64,000 bases of DNA from an uncultured Gemmatimonadales bacterium (lineage in GTDB: Bacteria > Gemmatimonadota > Gemmatimonadetes > Longimicrobiales > Gaopeijiaceae). The DNA lies in assembly GCA_963823035.1 (NCBI GenBank), contig CAWGKG010000014.1:608001-672000 (forward strand), in the 5' to 3' direction. Below are positions 29,197 through 39,294 of this stretch, in pieces. The first letter of the stretch is position 1. Each line of letters begins with the position of its first letter. The notes below the pieces were generated by a model. That model made no database searches and had not been told where the DNA came from. It worked only from the letters and a program-made list of their open reading frames with translations. Position numbers and translations under genes: made by a program.

Positions 29197-30300
29197 TCAG
29201 CCCTGGGACTCGTAGAAGGCGGTGCCCGTGTACTCCTCGAGGCCACCCGCGTGGTGGATGCTCAGCGCCGGTAGTCCTCGCGCGTAGCCCATCGAAGCAC
29301 AGCCGACCTCACCGGCCTTGTTGATCGCCACGAACTTCTCGCCGGGGACGTAGTCGTTTCCGATCGCGCGGTATCGACCGACGATCATCTCGATCGCGTC
29401 CTCGCACGCCTGCTGCGGCGTGCGTCCGTCACGCATGCGCATGACGATGAAGTAGGAGGCGCACGACTTGATGACGTCCTCGCCGCGCCCCGTGGCGCCC
29501 GCGGCGCCGACCGAATTGTCCACGTACAGGCCGGCCCCGATGATCGGCGAATCGCCGATGCGCCCCGGGATCTTCCAGGACATGCCACTGGTCGTGGTGA
29601 TGCCGGCGACGTCGCCGTTCCGATCCACCGACAGGACGTTCGTGGTTCCGTGCTCGTACTCGACGGGGCCCTGCATGAAGCGGTCGGAGCCGGTGCCGCT
29701 CCCCTTGCCGCGGAGGTGCTCCGGGGGACCCCAGTAGTCGTGGTCGTCGTGGGTCTCGCGCCAACGGAGCCAGATCTCGCGCGACTTCGGCGTCAGGAGA
29801 TCCTCTTCTTCGAAGCCGAACGACTTCGCGAACTCGGTGGCGGCCCTGCCCACGATCATGATGTGGTCCGTGCGCTCCATGACCAGGCGCGCCACCGAGG
29901 ACGGCGTCTTGATGCCCTCGATCCCCGCGACCGAGCCGGCGTTGTAGGTGCGTCCGTCCATGCACGAGGCGTCGAGCTGTACCACGCCGTCAGCGTTCGG
30001 GAGGCCCCCGTAGCCCACGCTCGCGTCCTCGGGGTCCACCTCGATGACGTTCGCGCCCTTCTCCACGGCGTCCATCGCCCGCCCGCCCGAGGAGAGGATC
30101 GGCCACGCCTGCCGCATGGCCTCCTTCCCCGTCTCGTTCGTGTGGCTGGTGATGACCATGGGGATGCCGGCCCTGCGCGACGCGCGGGGCGCGGCGGCGG
30201 CCAGCTCGGGGAACCGTCCCAGCGCGGCGGCCCCGGCTCCGAGCGTGACGGAGCTCCGGATGAAGTCGCGTCTGGCGAGTCGAGAATCGTGGTCGGGCAT
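29197..30300 (-). CDS. N(4)-(beta-N-acetylglucosaminyl)-L-asparaginase family Ntn hydrolase, Tat-exported
   Basis: Tat motif ARRDFIR; SVGYGGLP, LDASCMDG, HGT nucleophile, GRIGDSPIIGAG, TGRGED. Confidence 0.9.
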   Translation of the reverse strand: MPDHDSRLARRDFIRSSVTLGAGAAALGRFPELAAAAPRASRRAGIPMVITSHTNETGKEAMRQAWPILSSGGRAMDAVEKGANVIEVDPEDASVGYGGLPNADGVVQLDASCMDGRTYNAGSVAGIEGIKTPSSVARLVMERTDHIMIVGRAATEFAKSFGFEEEDLLTPKSREIWLRWRETHDDHDYWGPPEHLRGKGSGTGSDRFMQGPVEYEHGTTNVLSVDRNGDVAGITTTSGMSWKIPGRIGDSPIIGAGLYVDNSVGAAGATGRGEDVIKSCASYFIVMRMRDGRTPQQACEDAIEMIVGRYRAIGNDYVPGEKFVAINKAGEVGCASMGYARGLPALSIHHAGGLEEYTGTAFYESQG

Positions 30301-30468
30301 CTACGGTTTTCCTCACCGGAGGGGTTGGGAGAGCATCGTATGCGGAGAGAGGCTGAGCGGCAATCCATGACCCGTCGACGACGCATTTGCCCGACGGGGA
30401 TCCGCCGATCATTGTTCCTCCCCGACGGGAACCGCCTCCGTGGAAACGAACCGAGCAGGAAAGGAACC

Positions 30469-32022
30469 ATGAAGAAGCTCACCGCCGCGGCCCTGACCGC
30501 ACTCCTCACGCTCACCCCCCTCGCGCTCGAGGCGCAGGGTCCCCCGCGCCAGCAGGGGGCCGGCCAGACCCCGGCGTCCGAGTCCGAGAACGACACCGTC
30601 CCCGAATTCTGGCGTAGCCACCACACCGTCCGCGTGGGGGGGCAGGCCATCGAGTACGACGCGGTCGTGGGCAGCATCATCCTGCGTGACGACCAGCAGA
30701 AGCCGACTGGGAAGATGTACTACACGGCCTACACGCGAAGTGGCGTCCAGGACATGGCGCACCGGCCGATCACCTTCTCCTACAACGGCGGCCCGGGCTC
30801 GTCGTCCTTCTGGCTGCACATGGGCGTGATGGGGCCGCGGCGCGTCTCCGTCCCGGGTGTCGAGCACGCGAGCCCGGCGCCCTACACGGTGGTGGACAAC
30901 GAGGCCACGCTCCTCGACAAGACCGACATCGTGATGATCGATCCGATCGGTACGGGCTTCAGCCATCCGCTCGGCGACACGCCCGGCCGCGACTTCTGGG
31001 GCGTCGACGAGGACGCGCGCTCGATCTCGCAGTTCATCCAGCGCTTCCTCAGTCAGCACAACCGCTGGAACTCGCCCAAGTTCATCCTCGGCGAGAGCTA
31101 CGGCACCACCCGCTCGGCGGTGCTGTCCAGCACCCTGCAGAACGCGAACATCGACCTGAACGGCGTCATCCTGGTGTCGGCCGTGCTGGATTTCCGCACG
31201 ATCAGCTTCGGCCCGGGCGACGACCTCCCCTTCATCACCAACCTGCCGTCCTACGCGGCGGTGGCGTGGTATCACGACGCGCTTCCGGGAACCAAGCCCG
31301 CCGCGCTCGAGCCCTTCCTGAAGGAAGTGGAGGCCTTCGCGGTCGGCGACTACGCCTCCGCGCTCCTGGCCGGCAGCGCGCTCGCCGAATCCACGCGCAA
31401 CGGCGTCCTCGACCGCCTGCACCAGTACACGGGCCTGAGCCGCGACTTTCTCGACCACGCCGATCTGCGCGTGTCGGCGCCCGAGTTCGAGAAGGAGCTG
31501 AAGCGCAGCGAGGGCCAGGTCCTCGGACGACTCGACGCTCGCTTCGAGGGCCCGTCCGGCGACCTGCTCGCGCAGTACCCTTCGCAGGATCCGCAGTCGA
31601 GCGCGATCAGCTCGGCGTACGCCGCCGCCTGGAACACCTACCTGCGCACCGAGCTGGGCTACGACGGCACGCGCGAGTACGTGCCGAGCGGCAACGTGCA
31701 GCCGTGGAACTGGACCCGGCGGGGCGGTGGCGGCTTCGGCTTCGGGGGAAGCTCGCCCAACGTCGCGGTGGACCTGGCGAGCGCGCTGGAGAACAACCCC
31801 AGGCTCGAGGTGCTGCTGGTGACGGGCCTCTACGACCTCGCCACGCCGTACTTCGCCGCCGCCTGGACCATGGACCACCTGGGCGTGCCCGCCGACCTGC
31901 GCGACAACATCTCGCGCGTCGATTTCGAGGCGGGGCACATGATGTACGTCCGCGAGGACGTGCTGCCGAAGTGGAGGGAGGAGATCGGCGGGTTCATCGA
32001 TCGGGCGTCGGGAGGGATGTAG
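30469..32022 (+). CDS. S10 family serine carboxypeptidase, secreted
   Basis: NGGPGSSS, IDPIGTGFS, GESYGT, DLATPY, AGHMMY; signal peptide. Confidence 0.92.
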   Translation: MKKLTAAALTALLTLTPLALEAQGPPRQQGAGQTPASESENDTVPEFWRSHHTVRVGGQAIEYDAVVGSIILRDDQQKPTGKMYYTAYTRSGVQDMAHRPITFSYNGGPGSSSFWLHMGVMGPRRVSVPGVEHASPAPYTVVDNEATLLDKTDIVMIDPIGTGFSHPLGDTPGRDFWGVDEDARSISQFIQRFLSQHNRWNSPKFILGESYGTTRSAVLSSTLQNANIDLNGVILVSAVLDFRTISFGPGDDLPFITNLPSYAAVAWYHDALPGTKPAALEPFLKEVEAFAVGDYASALLAGSALAESTRNGVLDRLHQYTGLSRDFLDHADLRVSAPEFEKELKRSEGQVLGRLDARFEGPSGDLLAQYPSQDPQSSAISSAYAAAWNTYLRTELGYDGTREYVPSGNVQPWNWTRRGGGGFGFGGSSPNVAVDLASALENNPRLEVLLVTGLYDLATPYFAAAWTMDHLGVPADLRDNISRVDFEAGHMMYVREDVLPKWREEIGGFIDRASGGM

Positions 32023-33157
32023 TCTCGTCCCCCGCCGCCGGCTCGGGCATCTCCCGCACCCACAGGTCCCGCTGCGGGAAGGGGATTTCGATGCCGGCGG
32101 CGGCGAGCGCCTTGTAGATCGCCATGAAGAGCTGGTGGGAGACGAGCCCCCGCTCGGAGGGGTGGTTCACCCAGCAGAGCAGCTCGAAGTCGAGGCTGGA
32201 GTCACCGAAGCCGCGCATGCGCACGCGCGGCTCGGGGTCCCGGCACACGGCGTCGTTCGCGCGCGCCACCTCCTCGAGCAGCTCGACGACCGCGTCCACG
32301 TCCGAACCGTAGGCGACGCCCACCTTGACGCGGATGCGGAACTTCACCCATCGACCGCCCGACTCGTTGATGATCTTCGTGCCGGCCATCACCGAGTTGG
32401 GGATGATGATCTCCACGTCGTCGCGGGTGAGCAGACGCGTGGAGCGGATCCCGACCCGCGTGACCTCGCCCCGCTCGCCCGAGTCGAGCACCACGTAGTC
32501 GGCCACCTGATAGGGGGCGTCCGCGATGATGAAGAAGCCCGCGAAGAGGTTGGCGAGCGAGTCGCGCGCCGCGAAGCCGACCGCGATGCCGACCACGCCC
32601 GCGGAGGCCAACCAGGCCGCGGGGTTGATGTTCCAGACCTGGAGGAGCGCGTAGCCCGCCACGCCGACCACCAGGATCGTCAGGCCCAGGTCGAAGAGGG
32701 GAACCGTGCGCTCCTCGACGATGGCGAAGCGGTCGCGGATCCGACTCAGCCCTTCCAGCGCGATATGCACGGCGCGCAGCCCCGCGCGCATGAGCTGGAG
32801 GACGAGGAAGCTCACGAGGATCCGCACCACGATGCGCGTCGATGCCTCGCCGAACGGGAGCGCCTCGATCGCCGCGACCACGGCGAGGTAGCCGATGACG
32901 AGCGCCACCACGCCCGCCGCCAGGCGGAAGAGCTGGTCGTCCAGCTCGGTCCTCGTGTGGCTCGTGATCTTCCCGCCCGCGAAGAGGATCACGGAGCGCG
33001 CCGCGACGGCCAGCAGAATCCCCGCCGCGACGATGACCGCCGCGAGGACGAGGGGGTGCGTGGCGAGGTGCGCGTAGGCGCCCGTCAGCCCGGCGGGCAG
33101 CCAGAAGGGCGGCGCGGCGATCGAGTCCGCCTGCGCGAGCGCGATCAGGAGAGGCAT
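31994..33157 (-). CDS. small-conductance mechanosensitive channel (MscS family)
   Basis: GIAVGFAARDSLANLFAG, IGIRSTRL, IIIPNS, VGVAYGSD, GIEIPFPQRD. Confidence 0.93.
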   Translation of the reverse strand: MPLLIALAQADSIAAPPFWLPAGLTGAYAHLATHPLVLAAVIVAAGILLAVAARSVILFAGGKITSHTRTELDDQLFRLAAGVVALVIGYLAVVAAIEALPFGEASTRIVVRILVSFLVLQLMRAGLRAVHIALEGLSRIRDRFAIVEERTVPLFDLGLTILVVGVAGYALLQVWNINPAAWLASAGVVGIAVGFAARDSLANLFAGFFIIADAPYQVADYVVLDSGERGEVTRVGIRSTRLLTRDDVEIIIPNSVMAGTKIINESGGRWVKFRIRVKVGVAYGSDVDAVVELLEEVARANDAVCRDPEPRVRMRGFGDSSLDFELLCWVNHPSERGLVSHQLFMAIYKALAAAGIEIPFPQRDLWVREMPEPAAGDETTSLPTPDR

Positions 33158-33176
33158 GGGAACCCGTGCGCGGGGG

Positions 33177-33551
33177 TCAGTCGCCTTCTCCCTCCGCTCC
33201 GGTGATCGTCAGGAGAAGCGCGGTCTCGTCGAGCGCGCGGATGTCCTGCGCGTGGCCCGGCCCGAAGAAGAGCACCTCCCCCTGTCCGATCTCGAAGTGC
33301 TCGTCGCCGATCCGGTAGCGCAGGCGCCCCCGCACCGGCTGCAGCGTCATCGGGCTTTCGGCCTGGTGGGTGCCGACCTCCACGCCCTTGGCCAGCACGA
33401 CGAGCGTGAGTCGCATCGCGCCGGCCTTCACCAGGGTACGGCCCACCCGCCCCGTGCGCGCGTAGTTCTCGTCGTGACGGAGCTCCTCGATCTGACCGGC
33501 GACGTCGAACGTGAGGTTCGGGCCCGTGAGGGCTCGGGACATCGGCGACAT
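33177..33551 (-). CDS. cupin domain protein
   Basis: RLTLVVL..G..VGTHQA...GPGHAQDIRALDETALLLTI. Confidence 0.8.
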   Translation of the reverse strand: MSPMSRALTGPNLTFDVAGQIEELRHDENYARTGRVGRTLVKAGAMRLTLVVLAKGVEVGTHQAESPMTLQPVRGRLRYRIGDEHFEIGQGEVLFFGPGHAQDIRALDETALLLTITGAEGEGD

Positions 33552-33648
33552 GAAGCTACCTCCGCGTGGCGGGACGACAACCCGGTAGGACCGGTAGGAT
33601 AGGCCGCGCGCGCACGAAAGATCCGGCCCGTGCGCCGCGGCCACCCGC

Positions 33649-36600
33649 CTACGACACCGTCTTCGTCGCTCCGGGATCCGTGATCGCCTCGAGCTTCCCC
33701 GCCATCCGTCGGTTGAACGCCGCCACGTCCTGGTCGAGCGCCTCCTGGAAGGCGTGCTCCGCGTCGTTCAGTCGGCCCTCGATCATGTCGAGCACCTCGA
33801 GCGACGCGTTGGTCGGCCGATGGTCGGCGCCACCGGCCACGTCGCCCGCCCCGAGGCCCACCTCCCCCGACAGCCAGACGAGGTTGAGATAGACGCCGTA
33901 GGCCTCGACATACCACTTGTCGTCGCTGTGCATCTCGGTGCGGGAGAGGAGCCGGAGCTCCACGTCCAACAGCGTGTCGTCGAGGTCGGCGAGCGGCGCG
34001 GTGAGCGAACGATCGCCGTCGTGCACGCGCAGTCCATCTTCGATCTGCTTGCGCATCACCTCCAGTCGGTTCACCAGGTCGACGGTGCGGTCAAGGTCGT
34101 CGCGGATGCGGACCTGCGTGGCCGTCGAAGCCACAAGGTCGGCCGTGGGCGCTTCCAGGTACGGATTCTTCACGACCTCGAAGGGCCGCTCCACCACCTG
34201 GTTGCCCAGGGTGAGGCGCGCCGTGTAGACGCCGGGTGCCGCGATGGGCCCGCGCGTCTGGGGGCCCTGGATGCCCCAGTGCACGATCGGACGGGTGTCG
34301 CGATCATCGAAGCGGGGCTCCTCCCAGATGTGCGGGTTGTCCGGTGGCGTGGTCCGTAGCGCGGGCTGGTCGGGCCCGTCGTAGAGCAGGTCCCACGCAG
34401 CCCGGTTGAGCCCCTCGACGGCCTGGAGCTCCTGCGTCCGGATCGGGGAGCCACCGGCGTCCACGATCTCCAACGTGGCCGATCCGGCCTTTCCGGCTGC
34501 GACCCGGTAGAGGAAGCTCGCGCGGCCGCCGCGGGCCTCGCGGAACACCGTCGGCGGCTCGTAGAGCTGCACGGCCGCGCCCGCGGCCACCTGGTCGCTC
34601 TGCTCGAGGCGCGTGATGTCCCGCAGGACGAACAGCCCCCGTCCGTACGTCGACACCACCACGTCGTGGTAGCGCGGCTCCACCACCACCCAGGTCACCG
34701 GCGCGGCCGGCAGCCCCGCCCTCAGGCGCGTCCAGTGCGCGCCGTCGTCCGTCGACATGTAGAAGCCCTTCCCCGTGCCCGCGAAGAGCATCCCCCTCCG
34801 GTTGGGGTTCTCCGTGACCGCCATCACGTAGTCGAGCGGCCCGCCGCGCGGCAGGTCGCCGTCGACGCGCGTCCACGTCTGTCCGTAGTCGGTGGTCTTG
34901 TAGATGAAGGGGTCGCGGTCGTCCATCATGTGGTAGTCCACCGCCACGTACGCGGTGGCCGGATCGAAGGTCGACGGCTGGATCTTCCGCACCGTCCCCC
35001 AGGCGGGCATGCCCTTCACGTTGGCGGTCACGTTCGTCCAGGCCCCGCCACCGTCCCTCGTGTACCAGATCTGCCCGTCGTTCGTACCGGCCCAGATGAG
35101 GCCGCGCGTGAGGGTGGAGGGCGCGATCGCGAACACCACCTCCCCGTAGAACTGGCCCAGGTTGTCGCCGATGATCCCGCCCGAGAAGGCGATCCGCGAA
35201 GGGTCCTGCGTGGACAGGTCGGGGCTGATCACGTCCCAGCTCTGGCCCCGGTCCGAGGTCTTGAACACGACCTGGCAGCCGTAGTAGACGGTCTCGTCGT
35301 CGAACGGGTCGATGGCGAGCGGCGGCGTCCAGTGACACCGGTACTTCGTGTCCGTGGGCGGCGAGTCGAGCGTGTGGATCCATGGGGACACCGAGCGGGC
35401 CACGCCGACCGCGTCGTCGAAGCGCGTCACGGTGTTGCCGTAGCAGGACGCCCAGATGATGTCGGGATCGCCGTGCAGCGGAAGCGTGAAGCCGGACTCG
35501 CAGCCGCCGAGCCCGCCTTGCCAGGGCGTGGACGGTCCGAAGCCGAACCGGCCCCGGCCGGCGCCCTCGGGGCGGTACGAGGGCACGTTGTCGACGCGGA
35601 CCGGGCTGTCGCTCGGACCGCGCATCGTACCGTCGTCCTGGCGGTTGCTGTACACCCAGTAGGGCACGCGGTCGTCCACGGTCACGTGGTACATCTGGCC
35701 GATGGGGAGCGAGAAGCGGTTGAAGCTGTCCCCGTGGTCGAGCGTGAACGATGCGCCACCGTCGCCCGTCACCATCCAGCGATCCGGATCGCTCGGGTCC
35801 ATCCAGATGTCGTGGCAGTCGCCGCACCCGCGATCCGTGATCGGGAACGTGCGGCCACCGTCCGTCGAGCGGTGGAAGGAGCTGTTCGCGACGAGCACCT
35901 CGTCCGCGTTGGCCGGGTTCACCTCGATACGGATGTAGTAGCCGGCCCGCCCGATGAGCGTGCGGTCCCAGCTCGACACGCCCCAGCTCCGGCCTCCGTC
36001 GTCGGAGCGCCAGACGGAGCCCTGGTCGGCCGTCTGGATGAGCGCGTAGACGCGCCGCGAGTCCGAAGGCGCCACGGCCACGTCGATCTTCCCGACCGGC
36101 GCGTGCGGAAGCCCGGCGTCCTCGATGCGGTTCCAGTGGTCGCCGCCGTCACGGGTCACGTAGACGCCGCTCCCCTCTCCGCCGCTGAACATCGCCCACG
36201 TGTGCATCACGACCTCCCACGTGCCCGCGAACAGCACGTTGGGGTCGTTCGGATCCATGTCGAGCCCGGAGCAGCCCGTGTCCTCGTTCACGAAGAGCAC
36301 GCGCTTCCAGGTGGTACCGCCGTCCGTCGTGCGGTACACGCCGCGCTCCTGCTGCGGCCCGGTGGTGCGGCCCAACGCGCATACGTACACCAGGTCGGGG
36401 TTGGTGGGATGGATCATGATCCGTCCGATCCTCCCCGTCTGCTCGAGCCCCATGTTCGTCCACGTCGCGCCGCCGTCCGTCGAGCGATAGACGCCGTTGC
36501 CCATGACGTCGGCGTCACGGATCGCCCACGCCTCGCCGGTGCCCGCCCACACCACCTCGGGATTCGAGGGCGCCACGGCGAGCGCGCCGATGGCCTGCGC

Positions 36601-36897
36601 GTCCTGGTCGTCGAAGACCGGCTCGAAGGTCTGGCCCCCGTCCGTGGTCTTCCACACGCCACCGGACGCGGCGCCCGCGTAGAACGTCGCGCTGTCGCCC
36701 GGGATGCCGGCGATCGAGGCGAAGCGCCCCGCGCTCTGCGGCCCCAGGTACTCGAAGGAGAGGGGTGGTGCCGGCTGCGGTCGTGGGCCGGCGGGACCCC
36801 GGCCCGGGCCCTGCGCGTCGAGCGCGCCGGGGAGGGTCGTGAGGGCGAAGGAAGCGACGACGGCGGCGGCCCGCAGCGCACTCGGCTTTCCGCGCAT
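33649..36897 (-). CDS. VPS10/sortilin-like BNR-repeat glycosyl hydrolase-like protein, secreted
   Basis: Multiple Asp-boxes (KTTDGGQTF, RSTDGGATW, RSDDGGRSW, TRDGGGAW), GP..AGR start, DCHDIW. Confidence 0.9.
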   Translation of the reverse strand: MRGKPSALRAAAVVASFALTTLPGALDAQGPGRGPAGPRPQPAPPLSFEYLGPQSAGRFASIAGIPGDSATFYAGAASGGVWKTTDGGQTFEPVFDDQDAQAIGALAVAPSNPEVVWAGTGEAWAIRDADVMGNGVYRSTDGGATWTNMGLEQTGRIGRIMIHPTNPDLVYVCALGRTTGPQQERGVYRTTDGGTTWKRVLFVNEDTGCSGLDMDPNDPNVLFAGTWEVVMHTWAMFSGGEGSGVYVTRDGGDHWNRIEDAGLPHAPVGKIDVAVAPSDSRRVYALIQTADQGSVWRSDDGGRSWGVSSWDRTLIGRAGYYIRIEVNPANADEVLVANSSFHRSTDGGRTFPITDRGCGDCHDIWMDPSDPDRWMVTGDGGASFTLDHGDSFNRFSLPIGQMYHVTVDDRVPYWVYSNRQDDGTMRGPSDSPVRVDNVPSYRPEGAGRGRFGFGPSTPWQGGLGGCESGFTLPLHGDPDIIWASCYGNTVTRFDDAVGVARSVSPWIHTLDSPPTDTKYRCHWTPPLAIDPFDDETVYYGCQVVFKTSDRGQSWDVISPDLSTQDPSRIAFSGGIIGDNLGQFYGEVVFAIAPSTLTRGLIWAGTNDGQIWYTRDGGGAWTNVTANVKGMPAWGTVRKIQPSTFDPATAYVAVDYHMMDDRDPFIYKTTDYGQTWTRVDGDLPRGGPLDYVMAVTENPNRRGMLFAGTGKGFYMSTDDGAHWTRLRAGLPAAPVTWVVVEPRYHDVVVSTYGRGLFVLRDITRLEQSDQVAAGAAVQLYEPPTVFREARGGRASFLYRVAAGKAGSATLEIVDAGGSPIRTQELQAVEGLNRAAWDLLYDGPDQPALRTTPPDNPHIWEEPRFDDRDTRPIVHWGIQGPQTRGPIAAPGVYTARLTLGNQVVERPFEVVKNPYLEAPTADLVASTATQVRIRDDLDRTVDLVNRLEVMRKQIEDGLRVHDGDRSLTAPLADLDDTLLDVELRLLSRTEMHSDDKWYVEAYGVYLNLVWLSGEVGLGAGDVAGGADHRPTNASLEVLDMIEGRLNDAEHAFQEALDQDVAAFNRRMAGKLEAITDPGATKTVS

Positions 36898-37012
36898 GGA
36901 ACTCTCCCTTGGGGTCCTGTGGACGACCATTTCCGGATGTCCGAGCCTCAGATATATCAGATTCTGGGCAGAGGTGCGAACGAGCGAAACCCCCGCGTCC
37001 GAGGGCGTCGCC

Positions 37013-37990
37013 TCAGATCGTCTTCATGCGCATCACCGGCGCAGCCCGCGCGCCTCGCAGCGGCGTGCCCGTCGACGCCGACACGGCATCGACGGCGGGG
37101 CCCCAGCGGGCCGTGAGGAAGAAGCGGCCGCGCGGGGTGAAGAGCGTCGTGCCGAGAAGCCCGCGCGCGAAGCTCGTCTCGCCCGAGGCGCCGAGGTCGA
37201 TGTCGCCCGTCCAGTCCCGGGAGGGGCTCCCCGTCCATCCCGTCTCGGGGGACCACCGGATCGACGAAGCCGTGAAGCGCCGGAAGCCCCCCTCGGAGGT
37301 GACGGCCCATGCCGGGATCGGCCCGACCCGACCCTCCTCCACCGCCACGGTCGAGGGGCTGAACGTCCCCACGGCGCGATCGAAGACCACCGCCCACACG
37401 AAGCGCGAAACGCGCAGCAGCCAACGCGCCGCGAGCACCACGCCGACGAGCAGCGCCGCATTCACCGGCACGGCGAGCGCCGGGAGAAACACGGCGACGG
37501 CGACGAGCACGGCCGTGACCACCAGCTTCACCAGCTGCAGCGCGGCGTCGATGAGCGGGATGGGCGACAGCCACGTGAGGAGGTCGAAGCCCATGCGCAC
37601 GACCGTGACCGCCACCAGCCCCGAGAGCGCGGCCACGGCGAGCGCCGCCGTGCCGAGGACGGACGCCTCCTGGACCCCGACGGGGATCGGGGCGGCCGCC
37701 ACGCCCTCGCCCAGGAACATCAGCGCGAAGGTGACGAATCCCACGAGCGACTCGCTGGTGCCGGCCATCTCGGCGAGCGGCTTCGTGAGCTTGAAGCTCC
37801 TTCCCCCTTTGAGGAGGACCGCGAGCACCAGCAGCCCCGCCCAGATCACCGGGTTGGCGAGCACGACGAGCGTGGCGGGGAGGGCGAAGCCGAGGAAGTA
37901 CGCCGCGGCGCCGAAGAGCCCGAGCGCGAGAAAGGGGCTGATGCCCAGCGGGACCAACGCGGCCAACGGAGTGAGCGTCTCCGGCGTCAT
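37013..37990 (-). CDS. multi-pass membrane protein (DUF4126-like N-terminus) with soluble C-terminal beta domain
   Basis: GISPFLALGL, VLANP and about 6 TM segments; 1 nt from the SPFH stop codon. Confidence 0.65.
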   Translation of the reverse strand: MTPETLTPLAALVPLGISPFLALGLFGAAAYFLGFALPATLVVLANPVIWAGLLVLAVLLKGGRSFKLTKPLAEMAGTSESLVGFVTFALMFLGEGVAAAPIPVGVQEASVLGTAALAVAALSGLVAVTVVRMGFDLLTWLSPIPLIDAALQLVKLVVTAVLVAVAVFLPALAVPVNAALLVGVVLAARWLLRVSRFVWAVVFDRAVGTFSPSTVAVEEGRVGPIPAWAVTSEGGFRRFTASSIRWSPETGWTGSPSRDWTGDIDLGASGETSFARGLLGTTLFTPRGRFFLTARWGPAVDAVSASTGTPLRGARAAPVMRMKTI

Positions 37991-37991
37991 G

Positions 37992-39257
37992 TCACTCGCC
38001 CCCGGACTCGCCCAGCGCGGCGATGCGCTGCTCGAGCCGCTCGGAGAGCTTCATGTACAGCGCCTCGCTGATCTCCCCGTCGGCCAACCGCTCGGTGAGC
38101 TTGTCGAGCTGGCTCGTGAGGGAGGCGAGCGACGAACCGTTCCCCGCCCCGTCACGCTCGGCGGCTGCCGGTGGGGGCACGTCGAGGCTGGCCGCGGACG
38201 TGTGCGCCTCGATGCCGAGCGAGCCGACGAAGGGGTCGGAGGGGGCGGGGGTGCGGGCAGCGTCCTGGGCGGCCTCATGCGCCGCCTGATTGGCGCGGAT
38301 CGCGGCCGTCGTGATCGATGCGATCAGCCCGGCCTTCGCGGTGTCGGCTCCCATGATACCACCCACCGACGGCGTCTCCGCGTACTTCTTCAGGGCGTCC
38401 ATGGCCTCCACGCTCATGGGATCGATCCCCGCGGCGCGCAGCTGCGCGAACACCTTGGCGCGCGCGTCGCCGGCCATGAGCATCGCCGCCGCCTCGCCCT
38501 GCGCCTCGAGCACCCGCTTCTGCAGCTCGACCTCGGCCTGAACCACTTCGCCCTTCCCGCGCGCGGTGGCCAGCGTCGCGCTCGCCACCGCGTCCTTGAA
38601 CTCGGCCGGAAGGTTGAACTCGGCCACCTCGAAGGCACCCAGCGCCAGGCCGAGTCCCTCCAGGTTCTCGCCGAGGCCCTTCGCGATGGACTCGATGAAG
38701 GCGTCCCGCTCGGTCATGAGCGCCAGCGCCTCGGTCGCGCCCAGCATCGAGCGCAGGATGCCCTGCACGCCCGGCATCAACAGGCGCTGGAGCTCGCTGT
38801 CGGGGAGCGTCAGCTGGCCCTGCACCACCTGGGCGTTGAAGCGCGCACCGTCCGCGATCTTCACCGTGACCGTGCCGTTCGCGCCGACCTGGATACCGTC
38901 GCGCGACATGACGTTGCCGACACCCCAGCGGATCAGCCGCGGGCCGGTCTTCATCCAGATCACGTCGACGTTGCCGAGCACCCGCTGCTTCTCGGTGCGG
39001 TAGGTCCCGGGATCCATCGTGCCGAGGAGGCTGCCGTCCTTGATGACGACGGCGATCTCGCCCTCGCTCACGAGGATGCGCTGCTCCTTGGCGAACAGGC
39101 TGGCGCGCTCGGTCGGGTCGGTCGGTAGCCGGTAGATCAGCGATCCGGCCTGCGCGCCCGGGGGCCACCCGATCGGCTTGTAGCCCGCGCGCGTCGTGAG
39201 CCTGGAGGCGTCCTTCTCGAGCGAGATGCCGATGCTGCTGAGGGCTCCTAGCACCAT
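37992..39257 (-). CDS. SPFH (band 7, YdjI-like) domain protein with SHOCT-like C-terminus
   Basis: ILVSEGEIAVVIKDG..LGT.DPGTY, IRWG, GANG.V.VKIAD, EA-rich coiled coil, LDKLTERLADGEISEALY. Confidence 0.8.
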   Translation of the reverse strand: MVLGALSSIGISLEKDASRLTTRAGYKPIGWPPGAQAGSLIYRLPTDPTERASLFAKEQRILVSEGEIAVVIKDGSLLGTMDPGTYRTEKQRVLGNVDVIWMKTGPRLIRWGVGNVMSRDGIQVGANGTVTVKIADGARFNAQVVQGQLTLPDSELQRLLMPGVQGILRSMLGATEALALMTERDAFIESIAKGLGENLEGLGLALGAFEVAEFNLPAEFKDAVASATLATARGKGEVVQAEVELQKRVLEAQGEAAAMLMAGDARAKVFAQLRAAGIDPMSVEAMDALKKYAETPSVGGIMGADTAKAGLIASITTAAIRANQAAHEAAQDAARTPAPSDPFVGSLGIEAHTSAASLDVPPPAAAERDGAGNGSSLASLTSQLDKLTERLADGEISEALYMKLSERLEQRIAALGESGGE

Positions 39258-39294
39258 GCTTCGTCCAACCTGTCGAGGGGGGAGGGAGAGAGGG

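Noticed and set aside
33582..33599. Tandem CCGGTAGGA x2 upstream of the cupin gene
   Set aside because: Only two short copies; cannot be distinguished from chance
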